Source: a virus (lineage: Duplodnaviria > Heunggongvirae > Uroviricota > Caudoviricetes). From it: 41,332 bases of DNA. The stretch lies in the IMG/VR virus record IMGVR_UViG_2859180793_000001, positions 66,529 to 107,860 of that record. The stretch is one strand, 5' to 3'. Below the pieces are notes generated by a model, which was not told where the DNA came from, did no database searches, and saw only the letters and a program-made list of their open reading frames with translations. Shown in pieces: positions 1-9,531 of this stretch (positions are counted from its first letter, which is position 1; every line of letters starts with the position of its first letter). Made by a program: the position numbers and the translations under genes.

Positions 1-576
1 ATGGTGGGCACGCTGTTCGCCGTCGAGGCAGCTGAAACGCTGGCGGTGGGCGTGAACACCTACCAGACCCTCGCGCAGGCGCAGCTCACGTCGATGGACG
101 TGCCGAACATCCCCGCATGGGAAGCCGCAGATGAGCGGGACAAGGTGCAGGCCCTGGTGGAGGCGCGAGCCCACATCAACCAGTTGAGCTTCACGCTGCT
201 CATGTCCAACATCAATTTTGGCCAGGACAGTCTGAACTACGTCCCCGAAGGCACCTTCTTCTCGAAGTATGCCGCTACGAACGGGATGTTCATGTTCGAC
301 GGCAACCTGGAGCTGCTGAACCCGACCCAGTTCGCCGCGCTGCCGGAACGCTTCAAGGCGGCCCTGCGCAAGGCACAGGTTGTGGAAGCGGACGCCATCC
401 TGGCGCGCGACCCGATCGCCGAGGGCCGGCGGGCAGGGCTCATCCTGGAGTCCATCGGCGAGTCCAAGCAGATGTTCCGGTCGGCCAAGCCGCTGGAGCT
501 TCCGGTATGCAAGCGAGCGCTCGGCTATCTCAGCTACTTCGTCACCTTCGGCAAGCGCATCGGGCGGGGCGGCTGA
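1..576 (+). CDS. Putative head-tail adaptor/connector protein (5' end at window edge)
   Basis: 191-aa ORF directly upstream of head-closure and tail-completion genes; its TGA overlaps the next ATG at 576. Function assigned from synteny only. Confidence 0.5.
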   Translation: MVGTLFAVEAAETLAVGVNTYQTLAQAQLTSMDVPNIPAWEAADERDKVQALVEARAHINQLSFTLLMSNINFGQDSLNYVPEGTFFSKYAATNGMFMFDGNLELLNPTQFAALPERFKAALRKAQVVEADAILARDPIAEGRRAGLILESIGESKQMFRSAKPLELPVCKRALGYLSYFVTFGKRIGRGG

Positions 577-1247
577 TGTATGACCAGATCGCGACCAAGG
601 TCGCTGGCCAGTATGAGCTGTTCCTGTTCGCGCTGCGCGGGCTCTACCTGAACGCGATGGCGCCAGGCGCGGCTGTCACGCCCAAACTGGTGGCAGACGT
701 TCAAAGCGCCGCACAGCGGGCCGCAGAGAGCTTCCTGGCCGGCGCCGAGACTGAGCTGCAAGCACACCTTGCCCCTTACGAGGGTGGTGACGCCCAGAAC
801 GCGCTGACGCAGCACAAGCGCGAAGCTGTCGCGCAGTTGCGTGGGCTCATCAACCAGAACGTGAGCGAGGCGGTGCGCGACATGCGCCTGGGCACGCAGA
901 ACGTCGGCTCGATGCTCAAGGACGCCGGTGGCAGCATGGGCCTGCTGTTGCAGAAGCGCCTGGCGACGAAGAACTGGGCCGTGCGCGACACGAGCGGCCG
1001 CCAGTGGGAGGCGCCAAAGCTGGCGCGAGTGATCGTGCGGGGCTTTGCCGTGCAGGCAGACCTCGATGCGGCCGCCCACCAGGCCGACCTTCTGCGCATT
1101 ACCCACCCGGACCCCGAGCACAAGTTTGCCGGCATGGTCGTCTCGGTCTCGGGCGCCGACGGCTACCCGAGCCTGGAGAGCGTGCGGTCGCTCGCATTCC
1201 ACCCCAACACCAAAGCGAAGGCGGTGCCCTATGTTCCGGCCCAATAA
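576..1247 (+). CDS. Putative minor capsid/head morphogenesis protein
   Basis: ATG at 576 coupled to the upstream TGA (the ORF track start at 507 is probably too long). C-terminal RDTSGRQW...GYPSL...FHPN resembles phage minor head proteins. Confidence 0.45.
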   Translation: MYDQIATKVAGQYELFLFALRGLYLNAMAPGAAVTPKLVADVQSAAQRAAESFLAGAETELQAHLAPYEGGDAQNALTQHKREAVAQLRGLINQNVSEAVRDMRLGTQNVGSMLKDAGGSMGLLLQKRLATKNWAVRDTSGRQWEAPKLARVIVRGFAVQADLDAAAHQADLLRITHPDPEHKFAGMVVSVSGADGYPSLESVRSLAFHPNTKAKAVPYVPAQ

Positions 1248-1584
1248 GACCTGCGTGCTCACGCTGGCCAGCCACAAGAGCGACGTGTTTGGTCGCCCGG
1301 TGCCTGGACGCAAGGTGCGCGAGCGCTGCTCGGTGGTCTTCCTTAACGAGCGGCAACAGCAAACGTCCGTGCGCGCTGACAGCTCGGCGACGCGCGGTAA
1401 CGCACAGGAGGCGGCAGCGGACGCCAAGCTGCTGTTCGCCCCGACGACCAAGGCGTCCATCAACGACATCATCGAGATTGCCGGCGCGGTCTTGAAAATC
1501 TCGGGCATGCACCCGCGTTTCAGCGTGCGAGGTGATCTGGACCACTACGAGGTGGACGCGCACATCTGGAGCCAAGACGAATGA
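1231..1584 (+). CDS. Putative head closure/head-tail joining protein
   Basis: ATG at 1231 (MFRPNK) within ORF 1045..1584; 117 aa, beta-rich, ending DHYEVDAHIW. Size and position are typical of gp16-like stoppers. Confidence 0.55.
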   Translation: MFRPNKTCVLTLASHKSDVFGRPVPGRKVRERCSVVFLNERQQQTSVRADSSATRGNAQEAAADAKLLFAPTTKASINDIIEIAGAVLKISGMHPRFSVRGDLDHYEVDAHIWSQDE

Positions 1585-1970
1585 ACCTTCTGCCGCTGAT
1601 CGACCGGCTGGAGTCCGAAGGGGTGGGCACGCCTGCCAAGACCCTGTTCGTGAACATGCTGCCGGCGGAAGTGACCAAGGGCATCCTGCTGCGCAACAAG
1701 CTGGTCGGCACGCCGATCAACTATGAGATCCCTGGCTACTTCAACAAGATCCCGTTCCAGCTGATCGCCCGTGCGCGCCACGACCAGGAAGGCGAAGACC
1801 TGATCAACGCGGCGACCAAGGCACTCACGCTCTACGAGGTGCAGTTGGGCGACATGTATATCAAATACATGCGCCCGAAGACGCTGCCGGTGATCTTCCC
1901 CCTCTCGAAGGGAAACCTGTTGGAGTTCAACGTCGAGTTCGAGTGCTGCTTCTGCCTGGAGAGCCTGTAA
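1581..1970 (+). CDS. Putative tail terminator/tail completion protein
   Basis: 129 aa with ATGA overlap; lies between the head closure gene and the tail tube; alternating beta pattern (FQLIARA, FNVEFEC). Confidence 0.5.
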   Translation: MNLLPLIDRLESEGVGTPAKTLFVNMLPAEVTKGILLRNKLVGTPINYEIPGYFNKIPFQLIARARHDQEGEDLINAATKALTLYEVQLGDMYIKYMRPKTLPVIFPLSKGNLLEFNVEFECCFCLESL

Positions 1971-2434
1971 TGGGGATCGAGGTCACGGGCGTCGAGCGCC
2001 TTCGTATGGTCCTGGAGCAAGCGGGTGAGCGCGCCGTGCGCGGCGTGTTCAAGAAGATGGTGAGCGAAGCCGAGGGCGTGCGCGACCTGGCGCGGAAGTA
2101 TGCGCCGGTCGACGACGGCAACCTGGAGCAGGCCATCAAGGTTCAGGTGGAAGGCGGTGGCCGGGATGAGCGCGGACGCTTCGCGCGCAAGTCGGTGGCC
2201 GTCTATATCGACATGAGCACGCCGGCGGAGAACGGCAGAACTGTGGGCGACTACGCCTGGGAGATGCACGAGCACCTGACACCGTATGGGCCGCTCCAGC
2301 TCGGCAAGCGATCGCAAGCCAAGCAGGACGGGCAGTCGGAAATGGTGGGCGGCAAATTCCTGGAGCGTGCGGCCGCAGAACGCACAAAGGACATGGTGGA
2401 TCGCCTCGTAATTGAGGCGCGCACATACCTGTAG
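1970..2434 (+). CDS. HK97 gp10-like tail completion protein
   Basis: ATG at 1970 overlaps the upstream TAA. Contains ARKYAPVDDGNLEQAI and GGKFLERA, hallmark gp10-like motifs. Confidence 0.65.
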   Translation: MGIEVTGVERLRMVLEQAGERAVRGVFKKMVSEAEGVRDLARKYAPVDDGNLEQAIKVQVEGGGRDERGRFARKSVAVYIDMSTPAENGRTVGDYAWEMHEHLTPYGPLQLGKRSQAKQDGQSEMVGGKFLERAAAERTKDMVDRLVIEARTYL

Positions 2435-2462
2435 TGACACTGGCTATGGTCCGTGATATAGT
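2434..2462 (+). promoter_or_regulatory. Sigma70-like promoter upstream of the tail tube gene
   Basis: GTGACA (2434-2439), 17-nt spacer, TATAGT (2457-2462) with extended -10 TG at 2454-2455; operator palindrome immediately downstream. Confidence 0.6.
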
Positions 2463-2470
2463 CGCGCACC

Positions 2471-2490
2471 AATAGTCAGCACTGACTATT
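2471..2490. promoter_or_regulatory. Palindromic operator copy 1 (AATAGTCAGCACTGACTATT)
   Basis: Perfect 9-bp inverted arms; intergenic; core AGTCA-N4-TGACT recurs ten times in the window. Confidence 0.8.
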
Positions 2491-2522
2491 AACAAACCTC
2501 TTTGCAAAGGAGTTTCTCTCGC

Positions 2523-3395
2523 ATGGCAAGTAACACCAAGAACGTGAAGCTGGGTGTTTGCAAGGCGATCTTTGGCGGCTACGACTTGGGTTACACCAAG
2601 GGTGGCGTGGATGTGACCGTCAAGACCGACACCCACAAGGTCAACGTCGACCAGTTCGGCAAGACCGCGATCAACGAATACATCATGGGCCGAGAATGCA
2701 CGGCCAAGGTGCCGATGGCGGAAACGACCATCGAAAACCTCGTGGCCATCATGCCTGGTGCCACGCTGCAAACCGTGGGCGGCGCTGTCGCCACGGGCAC
2801 GGTGCAGATCGCAACCAACCCGAGCACGAACGACACGGTGGTCATCAACGGCGCCGAGTTCGTGTTCAAGACCCAGGCCACCGGCCCGTTCGAAGTCACG
2901 CTGGGCGCAACGGCCGCAGGCACTGCCGCAGCGCTTGCCGCCGCGCTGAACGCCTCGACCGACCCGCGCGTGTCGACGGCGACCTACTCGGCAGCCGGTG
3001 CGATCGTCACGGCAACCTACGGCCCGCGCATCATCTACGGAGACGCCGGCCAGAAGGGCGCGGAAGGCAACAGCTTCACGCTGGGCGCTGGCACCGCAGG
3101 CGCGAAGGTCACGCTGTCGGGCGCAACCCTGGGCGGCGGCCAAGACCCGACCAGCAAGAGCGTGAACGTGTCCTCGGGCATCGGCACCGACCTGCTGGCC
3201 GGCGCCAAGGAGCTGCGCTTCCACCCGGTCGGCAAGCCTGACAGCGACCGCTCGGAAGACTTCGTGATTCCGCTGGCCAACACCGCAGGCGCGCTGAACT
3301 TCGCCTACAAGCTGGAAGACGAGCGCGTCTACAACGTGGACTTCACCGGCTACCCGGACCCGTTCACCGGCCGCCTCTTCTCGGTCGGAACGTAA
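2523..3395 (+). CDS. Major tail tube protein with an inserted domain
   Basis: ATG at 2523 after an AAGGAG RBS; N-terminal DLGYTKGGVDVTV typical of siphophage tube proteins; precedes chaperones and tape measure. Confidence 0.75.
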   Translation: MASNTKNVKLGVCKAIFGGYDLGYTKGGVDVTVKTDTHKVNVDQFGKTAINEYIMGRECTAKVPMAETTIENLVAIMPGATLQTVGGAVATGTVQIATNPSTNDTVVINGAEFVFKTQATGPFEVTLGATAAGTAAALAAALNASTDPRVSTATYSAAGAIVTATYGPRIIYGDAGQKGAEGNSFTLGAGTAGAKVTLSGATLGGGQDPTSKSVNVSSGIGTDLLAGAKELRFHPVGKPDSDRSEDFVIPLANTAGALNFAYKLEDERVYNVDFTGYPDPFTGRLFSVGT

Positions 3396-3413
3396 TAGTC
3401 ACCATTGACTATT
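3394..3413. promoter_or_regulatory. Palindromic operator copy 2 (AATAGTCACCATTGACTATT)
   Basis: Core AGTCA-CCAT-TGACT at 3397-3410, overlapping the tube gene stop codon. Confidence 0.8.
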
Positions 3414-3434
3414 CAAAAAAACTGAACTGACCCA

Positions 3435-3457
3435 AGCCCCCGCCGCGAGCGGGGGCT
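3435..3457 (+). other. GC-rich RNA hairpin after the tail tube gene
   Basis: AGCCCCCGC-cgcga-GCGGGGGCT, perfect 9-bp stem with no U-tract. May stabilise the tube mRNA 3' end or act as a weak terminator. Confidence 0.45.
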
Positions 3458-3476
3458 GCCTCAAGGAACAACCGAA

Positions 3477-3800
3477 ATGGCCAAGATCCTCAATCTCGAC
3501 AAGCTGTCCAGCAACGACGAGCGTGAACTGAACATCGGCGGCAACGCTTATCCCGTCAAGCCCATGTCGGTGGAGGACTTCATCGAAACAACCCTCACGG
3601 CAGAGCGCCTGGAGGGCGAGAAGAGCATCGCCAAACAGATTCAGGCCACCGTGAAGCTCATCAAGCGCTCGGTGCCCACCATCGACGAGCAGACCCTGCT
3701 GCAACTGAGCCTGGAGCAGCTGCGAGCCGTCACCGCATTCGTCCGTGGGGAAGACCCCGCCGACATTGTGGAGGAGCGGGAGGCTGGCTCGGGAAACTGA
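3477..3800 (+). CDS. Tail assembly chaperone (lambda gpG-like)
   Basis: 107 aa between tube and tape measure; ends in the slippery heptamer G GGA AAC (3791-3797) right before TGA. Confidence 0.75.
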   Translation: MAKILNLDKLSSNDERELNIGGNAYPVKPMSVEDFIETTLTAERLEGEKSIAKQIQATVKLIKRSVPTIDEQTLLQLSLEQLRAVTAFVRGEDPADIVEEREAGSGN

Positions 3801-4132
3801 GCGAGGGCAGGTCCACACAGGAACTCGACTTCGGGTTCCTGTTTTGTCGGGTCTGCCACTTCTACTCCCTGAGCGACGACGCCGTGCTCGCCATGCCACT
3901 GAAGCGGTTCTGGCTGATGAGCAACAACATCAACCGCCTGATGGCCGAGCGCGACATGCGATCGCTGTCCGTCGCCGGCAGCGCGCAGAGCGGCGAAGGC
4001 TTCGCTGAATACCGCCAGCAACTGATTCTGGAGATCGGCACCGTGTTGCGCGACGACCCTCTGTCGACCGAGCGTGACCAGGCTGGTTTCGAGGAGCTGC
4101 GAGCAATGGCAGCCGAGCAAGTGGCTGCCTGA
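3791..4132 (+). CDS. Tail assembly chaperone extension (gpT-like), read by -1 frameshift
   Basis: The -1 frame is open from the slippery site (GKLSEGRSTQELDFGFLFCRVCHFY...) to TGA at 4130-4132 and includes track ORF 3884..4132. Confidence 0.7.
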   Translation, partial: GKLSEGRSTQELDFGFLFCRVCHFYSLSDDAVLAMPLKRFWLMSNNINRLMAERDMRSLSVAGSAQSGEGFAEYRQQLILEIGTVLRDDPLSTERDQAGFEELRAMAAEQVAA

Positions 4133-4158
4133 ACCCCAAGACGAACTGAGGAATAGCA

Positions 4159-7100
4159 ATGACTGGCGGTGATATTCGCGTCGTAATGACGTTGGATGAC
4201 AAGGACTTCTCGATCAAGACGACGCGGGCGACCGCGATCGTCGACGACATGAAGAAGTCCTTGGAGCAAACCGCCAATTCGGCCCAGACGCTTGAGAATC
4301 ACTTCACAAGCCTGGGCCGGAAGTTCCACGACACCATCTTCACCGTGTCCCTGATGCGCTTTGCATTCCGGGACATTCAGGACATTTTCGGCGCCATCCC
4401 TTCCGCGATCATCAAGACGAACGCGGAGATGGAGCGCATGAAGACCATGCTGACCGGCCTGACCGGCAGCACCAAGAAGGCCGAGGACGACTTCAAGTCG
4501 ATCTTCAACATCGCCCAGAACGCGCCGACCTCGGTTTCGGCCATCACTGACGTGTTCGTCAAGTTCCGTTCGGTGGGTCTGGACCCCGCAAACGGGAGCG
4601 TGAAGTCGCTGATCGATGGTCTCGCGAAGTTCGGGGGCACGTCGGAGCAGCTCAAGCGCGCCGCCATCGGTATTCAGCAGATGGTCGGTAAGGGCGTCGT
4701 CTCGATGGAAGAACTGCGTCAGCAGGTCGGTGAAGCATTGCCGAACGCGATGCAGGCAATGGCGACCGGTCTGAACATGACCATGAGCCAGCTGGCGGCC
4801 GCCGTGAAGAAGGGCACGCTGGAGTCCAAGGACGCGCTCGACCGCATGTTCACGGTGATGCGCCTTCAGAATCAGGGCGCCTCGGACGAGATGATGAAGA
4901 CGTGGGCCGGCCTGGTCGCCAAGCTGGAGACCCGCTGGACGCTCTTCAAGGACGCGATCGGCAAGCAGGGCATGTTCGACACTGCCAAGGAGGAGCTGAA
5001 CAAGCTCGTCGACGCCTTCGGCAGCCGCGCCATGAACGACCTCGCTATGACGGTCGGCTCGGCCCTCGCATCGGCGACCACGGCGCTTGTGAGCCTCAAG
5101 GAGACCGTCACCGAGTATTGGGGCGAGATCAAGATCGCCGGCGAGCTGATGCTCTACTACTTCGCCGGCGGCCGCGTGATGGCCGGCTTGGAGGCAATGA
5201 AGGCGCAGATGGGCGGCCTGATGGCCTCCTACAAGGCGAATGTCGCCGCCAAGACGCTCGCGTGGGAGGTCGAGCAGGCACAGATCCGCGCCACGATGGC
5301 GGCGAAGGCCGAGCAACTGAGCCAGGAGATCGCGCTCAACGGGCGGGCCGTCGCGCTGGAGCGGGAAAAGAACGCCGCCGCTGCGACCGCAGCTGTTGCC
5401 AAGATGGAGGCAGAGCGCCAGGCAAACGCTGTGCGCATCACCGAGCTGGCCGGCACGTTGCGCGAGATGGAGGCGATGGAGTCCGAATACCGGATGAAGC
5501 GCATCGCCGCCGAGCTGGAGGCAGAGCGTCTGCTGCGTGCGAAGAAGGCCGGCACGGCAGCCGAGGCCCGCGCCATGACCGCGCAGGCGGACAAGCTGGG
5601 CGGTTCCGAAGCCATCATCGCGGCAGAAGCGCAGGCACAGCGCACCTCGATCGAGGCGCTGAAGGCCAAGAACATCGAAATCGAGAAAAACATCGTCCTC
5701 ACCAAGGCGCAGGGCGCCGCGCTGACGACGAATCAGCAGGCTCTGCTGGCCGAGAATGCCGCGCTGCTGGCTGCCAAGCGTGAGACCGAGATGGCGTCCG
5801 CCGCCGTCAAGGAGATGACGCTCGCCCAGAAGTCGCTGAACGCGGTGATCGCCGGCGGCCAGATGCTGTGGACCGCGCTGGGCGGCTGGGTGGGCCTCGT
5901 GACGGTCGCCGTCACGGCGGGCATCTACGCCTGGATGAACTACAAGACCGCCGCCGAGAAGGCGATGGAGGCTGCCAAGCGCGCACGTGACGCCGAACGC
6001 GGCATTGCCTCCGACGACCAGCGCAAGGAAACCGAGAAGGAAATCTCGAACCTGAAGGAGACGGTCGCCCGCATGAAGGCCGACAAGGCCAACGGCGGCG
6101 AGCAGATCATGGGTGCCGAGGGCGTCATTGGCGTGCGCCAGTGGACCGCCAAGGACGATGCCGAGCTGCGCAAGGTCGAGGACCAGCTCAAGCAGGCCAT
6201 CAACACCCACAGCCAGCAGCTCAAGAACATCCTGGAGGCCAACGGCAACGACCAGGCTGATGCCTATCGCCGCTCGCAGGAGCGCCAGAAGGAGGAGTTC
6301 AACCGCTCGCTGACGAGCAAGTGGGCCGCGCTCAAGGAAGCGTATGACGCCGACGTGCAGCAGGCGGGCCAGAACTCGGCCAAGCAGAAAGCCGCCGGCG
6401 AGAAGTATCTGAAGGCGCAGCAGGAGCTGCTGGGCGACACGGAAGCGAAGAACCTGGAGTTCGCGACCAAGTGGCGCTCCGACACCACTGCCAAGCTGCA
6501 AGCTCTGGTGGCGGTTGAGGGCCAGCGCGCCCTGACGGATCAGGAGAAGATCGAGAAGGACGGGCTCGAAAAGCGGCAGAAGCAGCTGACCGAGGAAATC
6601 CGCGACATGACGACGACTCAGGCGCAGCGTCTCGCGCACCTGAAGGATGCGGCCGTCACGATCGACAACAAGAACAAGGGCACGCACAAGATGGAGCACG
6701 AGAACCCGCTCGTGCGCGCCCTGGAGCAAGAACAGGCCCAATTGGAGGCCGCCAAGGTCAAGCTCGAAGCCCTGATCAATGAGACGCGGGGGTATGAGCA
6801 GTTCAAGTCGTCCGCCATGTTTAAGGTGCTCGGCGAGGTGGCGTCTGGCAAGTTCGACACGGCCAACCGAGATGCCGACGGCAAGGTCACGAGCACCAAC
6901 AAGTTTGGCGGCTCGTCCGAGGCTCGCCAGAAATACATTGAGCAGCTCTCCGACTGGCTGAAGAAGGGCAAGGGCACCGCCGACGAGTTCATCGCCTCGC
7001 TGAAGACGATGGACGAGCAGGACAAGAAGACCGTCCTGAAGATGGCGGACCTGCAAGCGCAGCAAGGCCAGGTCGCGGAAATGTCGAAGGCGCTGGCCGA

Positions 7101-8487
7101 CGCACGTCAGCGCGAAGCAGCGACGCTGGCCGAACTGGACGCCGCCACCACGAACTACATGACCCGTGGCATGGCGAAGGAAACCAGCGGCATGCAGTCG
7201 CTGATGAAGCACTTCGCCCAGGTCGAGGAGAAGCTCAAGGCCGGCACCAAGGAGTTCGAGGAATACCGCCTGACCAAGCAGCGCGCGCTGGCCAACCAGG
7301 CGCTCGCGGACAGCCGCAATTATGCCGCCGACGCCGAGAAGGAGCTGCGCGACGCCAAGCTGAAGTCGATCGCTGTGGTGTCCGAGCGCCAGGCGGCCGA
7401 GTTCTTCCTGGAAAAGCAGCGCATCGAGAACGACTACGCGATCCGCAAGCGCGCGATCGAGAATAACGTCGTGGACGAGATCCAGCGCATCGCCGAGCTG
7501 GATGCCCTGAACGCCGCGCGCGAGACACGCCTGACGGCCGCCACGCTGAACTACGCCCAGACGCGAAAGACTGAACTGCAACGGCTGTCCGAGGAGTGGA
7601 CGGACGTGACGCAGCAGATGAATAAGGCCACGGCGAACTGGTCCAACGGCGTGATCGACGCGATCATGAACTTCGTCAAGACCGGGAAGTTCGAGTGGAA
7701 GAGCATGCTCGAATCCATGCTGACGGACGTGCTGAAGATGCAGATCCAGAACACGTTCGGCTCGCAGATCAACGGCATGATGGCCAAACTTGGAGATGCG
7801 CTCAAGAACGGTTTGCCTGGACTGATGCCGCAGAAGCAGGGCGGTGCAGCGGACGCGGTGAGCGGGGCAGCGACGGAGGCGGCCACCAAGATGACACAAA
7901 GCCTGTTGTCGTCTGCTGCCGCTACCGACACTGCCAAGGTTGCCATGCAGACCATGACAGACAACGGCGTCGCCAAGGCAACGGAGGGTCTGCTCACCAA
8001 CGCGCTGCAAACCAGCATCTCCACGAGCACGGAGGAAATGGCCTCCTCGACTCTGATCGAGTTCGTCTTCGCCGCGCAGGCGGCGACCGAAGCGCTGACA
8101 CAGCTCGCTGCCTCGACCGCTGCTGACAGTGCGGCCTCGTTCTTTGCTGACGGCGGCATCATGTCCTCGGCGGGCAGTCTGCCGCTCAAGATGTATTCGA
8201 ATGGCGGTATCGCGAACAGCCCGCAGCTCGCGGTGTTCGGCGAAGGCCGCATGAACGAAGCCTACGTGCCGCTGCCGGATGGCCGCACCATTCCCGTGAC
8301 CATGACAGGCGGTGGCGGCGGCGTCGGCAACGTGCAGGTGAATGTGATCAACCAGTCCGGCACGCAGGTTGCCGCGAAGCAGGGCGAGCCTCGCTTCGAC
8401 GGTCGTCAGCTGATCCTTGATGTGGTGCTGACGGCGGTAAACCAGCCTGGCAGCTTCCGTGACGGCATGAAAGGAGCCCTGGCATGA
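4159..8487 (+). CDS. Tape measure protein
   Basis: 1442-aa Ala/Lys/Glu-rich helical ORF with an N-terminal tape-measure domain and C-terminal FADGG...NGGIANSPQLAVFGEG...EAYVPL typical of lambda-like TMPs. Confidence 0.92.
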   Translation: MTGGDIRVVMTLDDKDFSIKTTRATAIVDDMKKSLEQTANSAQTLENHFTSLGRKFHDTIFTVSLMRFAFRDIQDIFGAIPSAIIKTNAEMERMKTMLTGLTGSTKKAEDDFKSIFNIAQNAPTSVSAITDVFVKFRSVGLDPANGSVKSLIDGLAKFGGTSEQLKRAAIGIQQMVGKGVVSMEELRQQVGEALPNAMQAMATGLNMTMSQLAAAVKKGTLESKDALDRMFTVMRLQNQGASDEMMKTWAGLVAKLETRWTLFKDAIGKQGMFDTAKEELNKLVDAFGSRAMNDLAMTVGSALASATTALVSLKETVTEYWGEIKIAGELMLYYFAGGRVMAGLEAMKAQMGGLMASYKANVAAKTLAWEVEQAQIRATMAAKAEQLSQEIALNGRAVALEREKNAAAATAAVAKMEAERQANAVRITELAGTLREMEAMESEYRMKRIAAELEAERLLRAKKAGTAAEARAMTAQADKLGGSEAIIAAEAQAQRTSIEALKAKNIEIEKNIVLTKAQGAALTTNQQALLAENAALLAAKRETEMASAAVKEMTLAQKSLNAVIAGGQMLWTALGGWVGLVTVAVTAGIYAWMNYKTAAEKAMEAAKRARDAERGIASDDQRKETEKEISNLKETVARMKADKANGGEQIMGAEGVIGVRQWTAKDDAELRKVEDQLKQAINTHSQQLKNILEANGNDQADAYRRSQERQKEEFNRSLTSKWAALKEAYDADVQQAGQNSAKQKAAGEKYLKAQQELLGDTEAKNLEFATKWRSDTTAKLQALVAVEGQRALTDQEKIEKDGLEKRQKQLTEEIRDMTTTQAQRLAHLKDAAVTIDNKNKGTHKMEHENPLVRALEQEQAQLEAAKVKLEALINETRGYEQFKSSAMFKVLGEVASGKFDTANRDADGKVTSTNKFGGSSEARQKYIEQLSDWLKKGKGTADEFIASLKTMDEQDKKTVLKMADLQAQQGQVAEMSKALADARQREAATLAELDAATTNYMTRGMAKETSGMQSLMKHFAQVEEKLKAGTKEFEEYRLTKQRALANQALADSRNYAADAEKELRDAKLKSIAVVSERQAAEFFLEKQRIENDYAIRKRAIENNVVDEIQRIAELDALNAARETRLTAATLNYAQTRKTELQRLSEEWTDVTQQMNKATANWSNGVIDAIMNFVKTGKFEWKSMLESMLTDVLKMQIQNTFGSQINGMMAKLGDALKNGLPGLMPQKQGGAADAVSGAATEAATKMTQSLLSSAAATDTAKVAMQTMTDNGVAKATEGLLTNALQTSISTSTEEMASSTLIEFVFAAQAATEALTQLAASTAADSAASFFADGGIMSSAGSLPLKMYSNGGIANSPQLAVFGEGRMNEAYVPLPDGRTIPVTMTGGGGGVGNVQVNVINQSGTQVAAKQGEPRFDGRQLILDVVLTAVNQPGSFRDGMKGALA

Positions 8488-8843
8488 CCAACCCTATTTT
8501 TCCGGCTGACCCGAAGCAAGACTCGAAGTATTACGAGGTGGAGCTGGAAGATCCGACGCTGCGCACAAATATGGAGGGCGGGTATGTGGTCACCCGTCCG
8601 AAGCACACCCGCAAGCCACGCCGCACGTTCAAGTCCGGCTGCACCTCCATCACCACCGACCAACGCAAGGTGCTGGAGAACTTCTACGACTTGGTGCGCG
8701 GCGGATCGGTCATCTTCGACTGGACCGATCCCGTCACCGGCACGGTGTTCCAGGTGCGTTTCAAGGAGAAAATTTCCTTCAAATACACCGGTGTCGGCAC
8801 CGCGCAATTGTGGGACGTAACCTTCACGCTTGAGCAGGCATAG
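8484..8843 (+). CDS. Distal tail protein (lambda gpM-like)
   Basis: 119 aa directly after the TMP; FDWTDP motif and ends VTFTLEQA. Confidence 0.7.
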   Translation: MTNPIFPADPKQDSKYYEVELEDPTLRTNMEGGYVVTRPKHTRKPRRTFKSGCTSITTDQRKVLENFYDLVRGGSVIFDWTDPVTGTVFQVRFKEKISFKYTGVGTAQLWDVTFTLEQA

Positions 8844-8856
8844 TCGGCACTCATAC

Positions 8857-8876
8857 AATAGTCAGCAATGACTATT
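8857..8876. promoter_or_regulatory. Palindromic operator copy 3 (AATAGTCAGCAATGACTATT), with possible promoter TAGTCA-N17-TATGAT (8859-8887)
   Basis: Core at 8860-8873; intergenic; TATGAT at 8882-8887. Confidence 0.75.
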
Positions 8877-8895
8877 CATAGTATGATGCCGACCC

Positions 8896-9531
8896 ATGAG
8901 CAAATCCCTCTCGATCGCCACCGTCCTCGAAAAGAACAAGCTGTCTTCGGACACGCCGTTCTTGGTATGCCTGGACATTGCGGTCGCTGACCCAGCCACC
9001 GGCGCCCAGGTCGAGATGCTGCACATCGTGCGCAACACCGAGGCGATCACCTTCAATGGCCAGGTGTATGAGCCGACCGCGTTCGACGTGGAGCTGAAGG
9101 CTGAGTCGGGCCAGCAGCCGACGGTGAACCTGACCATCAAGGACTACAGCAAGGCGATCCAAGGCCGGTTGCAGAGCTACGGCGGGGGCATCGGCTTCGG
9201 CGTGACGCTCTTCGTGGTCAATGCCGGCGCGCTCGATCAGCCTCCCGAGGTGGTCGAGTATTTCGAGGTGGTCGGCGCGCAGTGTGCCAACTACGAAGTC
9301 AGCTTCGTGCTCGGCGCCGACAGCCTGATGGCGGTCGTCTTCCCACGCCGACGCCAGACCCGCGACTTCTGCCAGTGGCGCTACAAAGACCCGAACACCT
9401 GCGGCTACACCGGCGCCGCGCCCACCTGTGACCTGACGCTCTACGGCCAAAACGGCTGCGCGGCGCACGGCAACGTCATCAACTTCGGCGGCTTCCCTGG
9501 CATCAACCAGAACGGCGTCCGCTATGGCTGA
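8896..9531 (+). CDS. Minor tail protein (lambda gpL-like)
   Basis: C-terminal CQWRY...CGY...CD...C cluster like the Fe-S-binding domain of gpL; synteny. Confidence 0.75.
   Translation: MSKSLSIATVLEKNKLSSDTPFLVCLDIAVADPATGAQVEMLHIVRNTEAITFNGQVYEPTAFDVELKAESGQQPTVNLTIKDYSKAIQGRLQSYGGGIGFGVTLFVVNAGALDQPPEVVEYFEVVGAQCANYEVSFVLGADSLMAVVFPRRRQTRDFCQWRYKDPNTCGYTGAAPTCDLTLYGQNGCAAHGNVINFGGFPGINQNGVRYG

Noticed and set aside
2432-2446. TAGTGACACTGGCTA as an additional operator copy
   Set aside because: Two mismatches and a 3-nt spacer; it more likely reflects the -35 element (GTGACA) and at most a weak half-site.
3862-8010. 1382-aa ORF on the - strand
   Set aside because: Antisense shadow of the tape measure gene caused by GC-rich codon bias; no recognisable motifs, and it is fully overlapped by a well-supported + strand gene.
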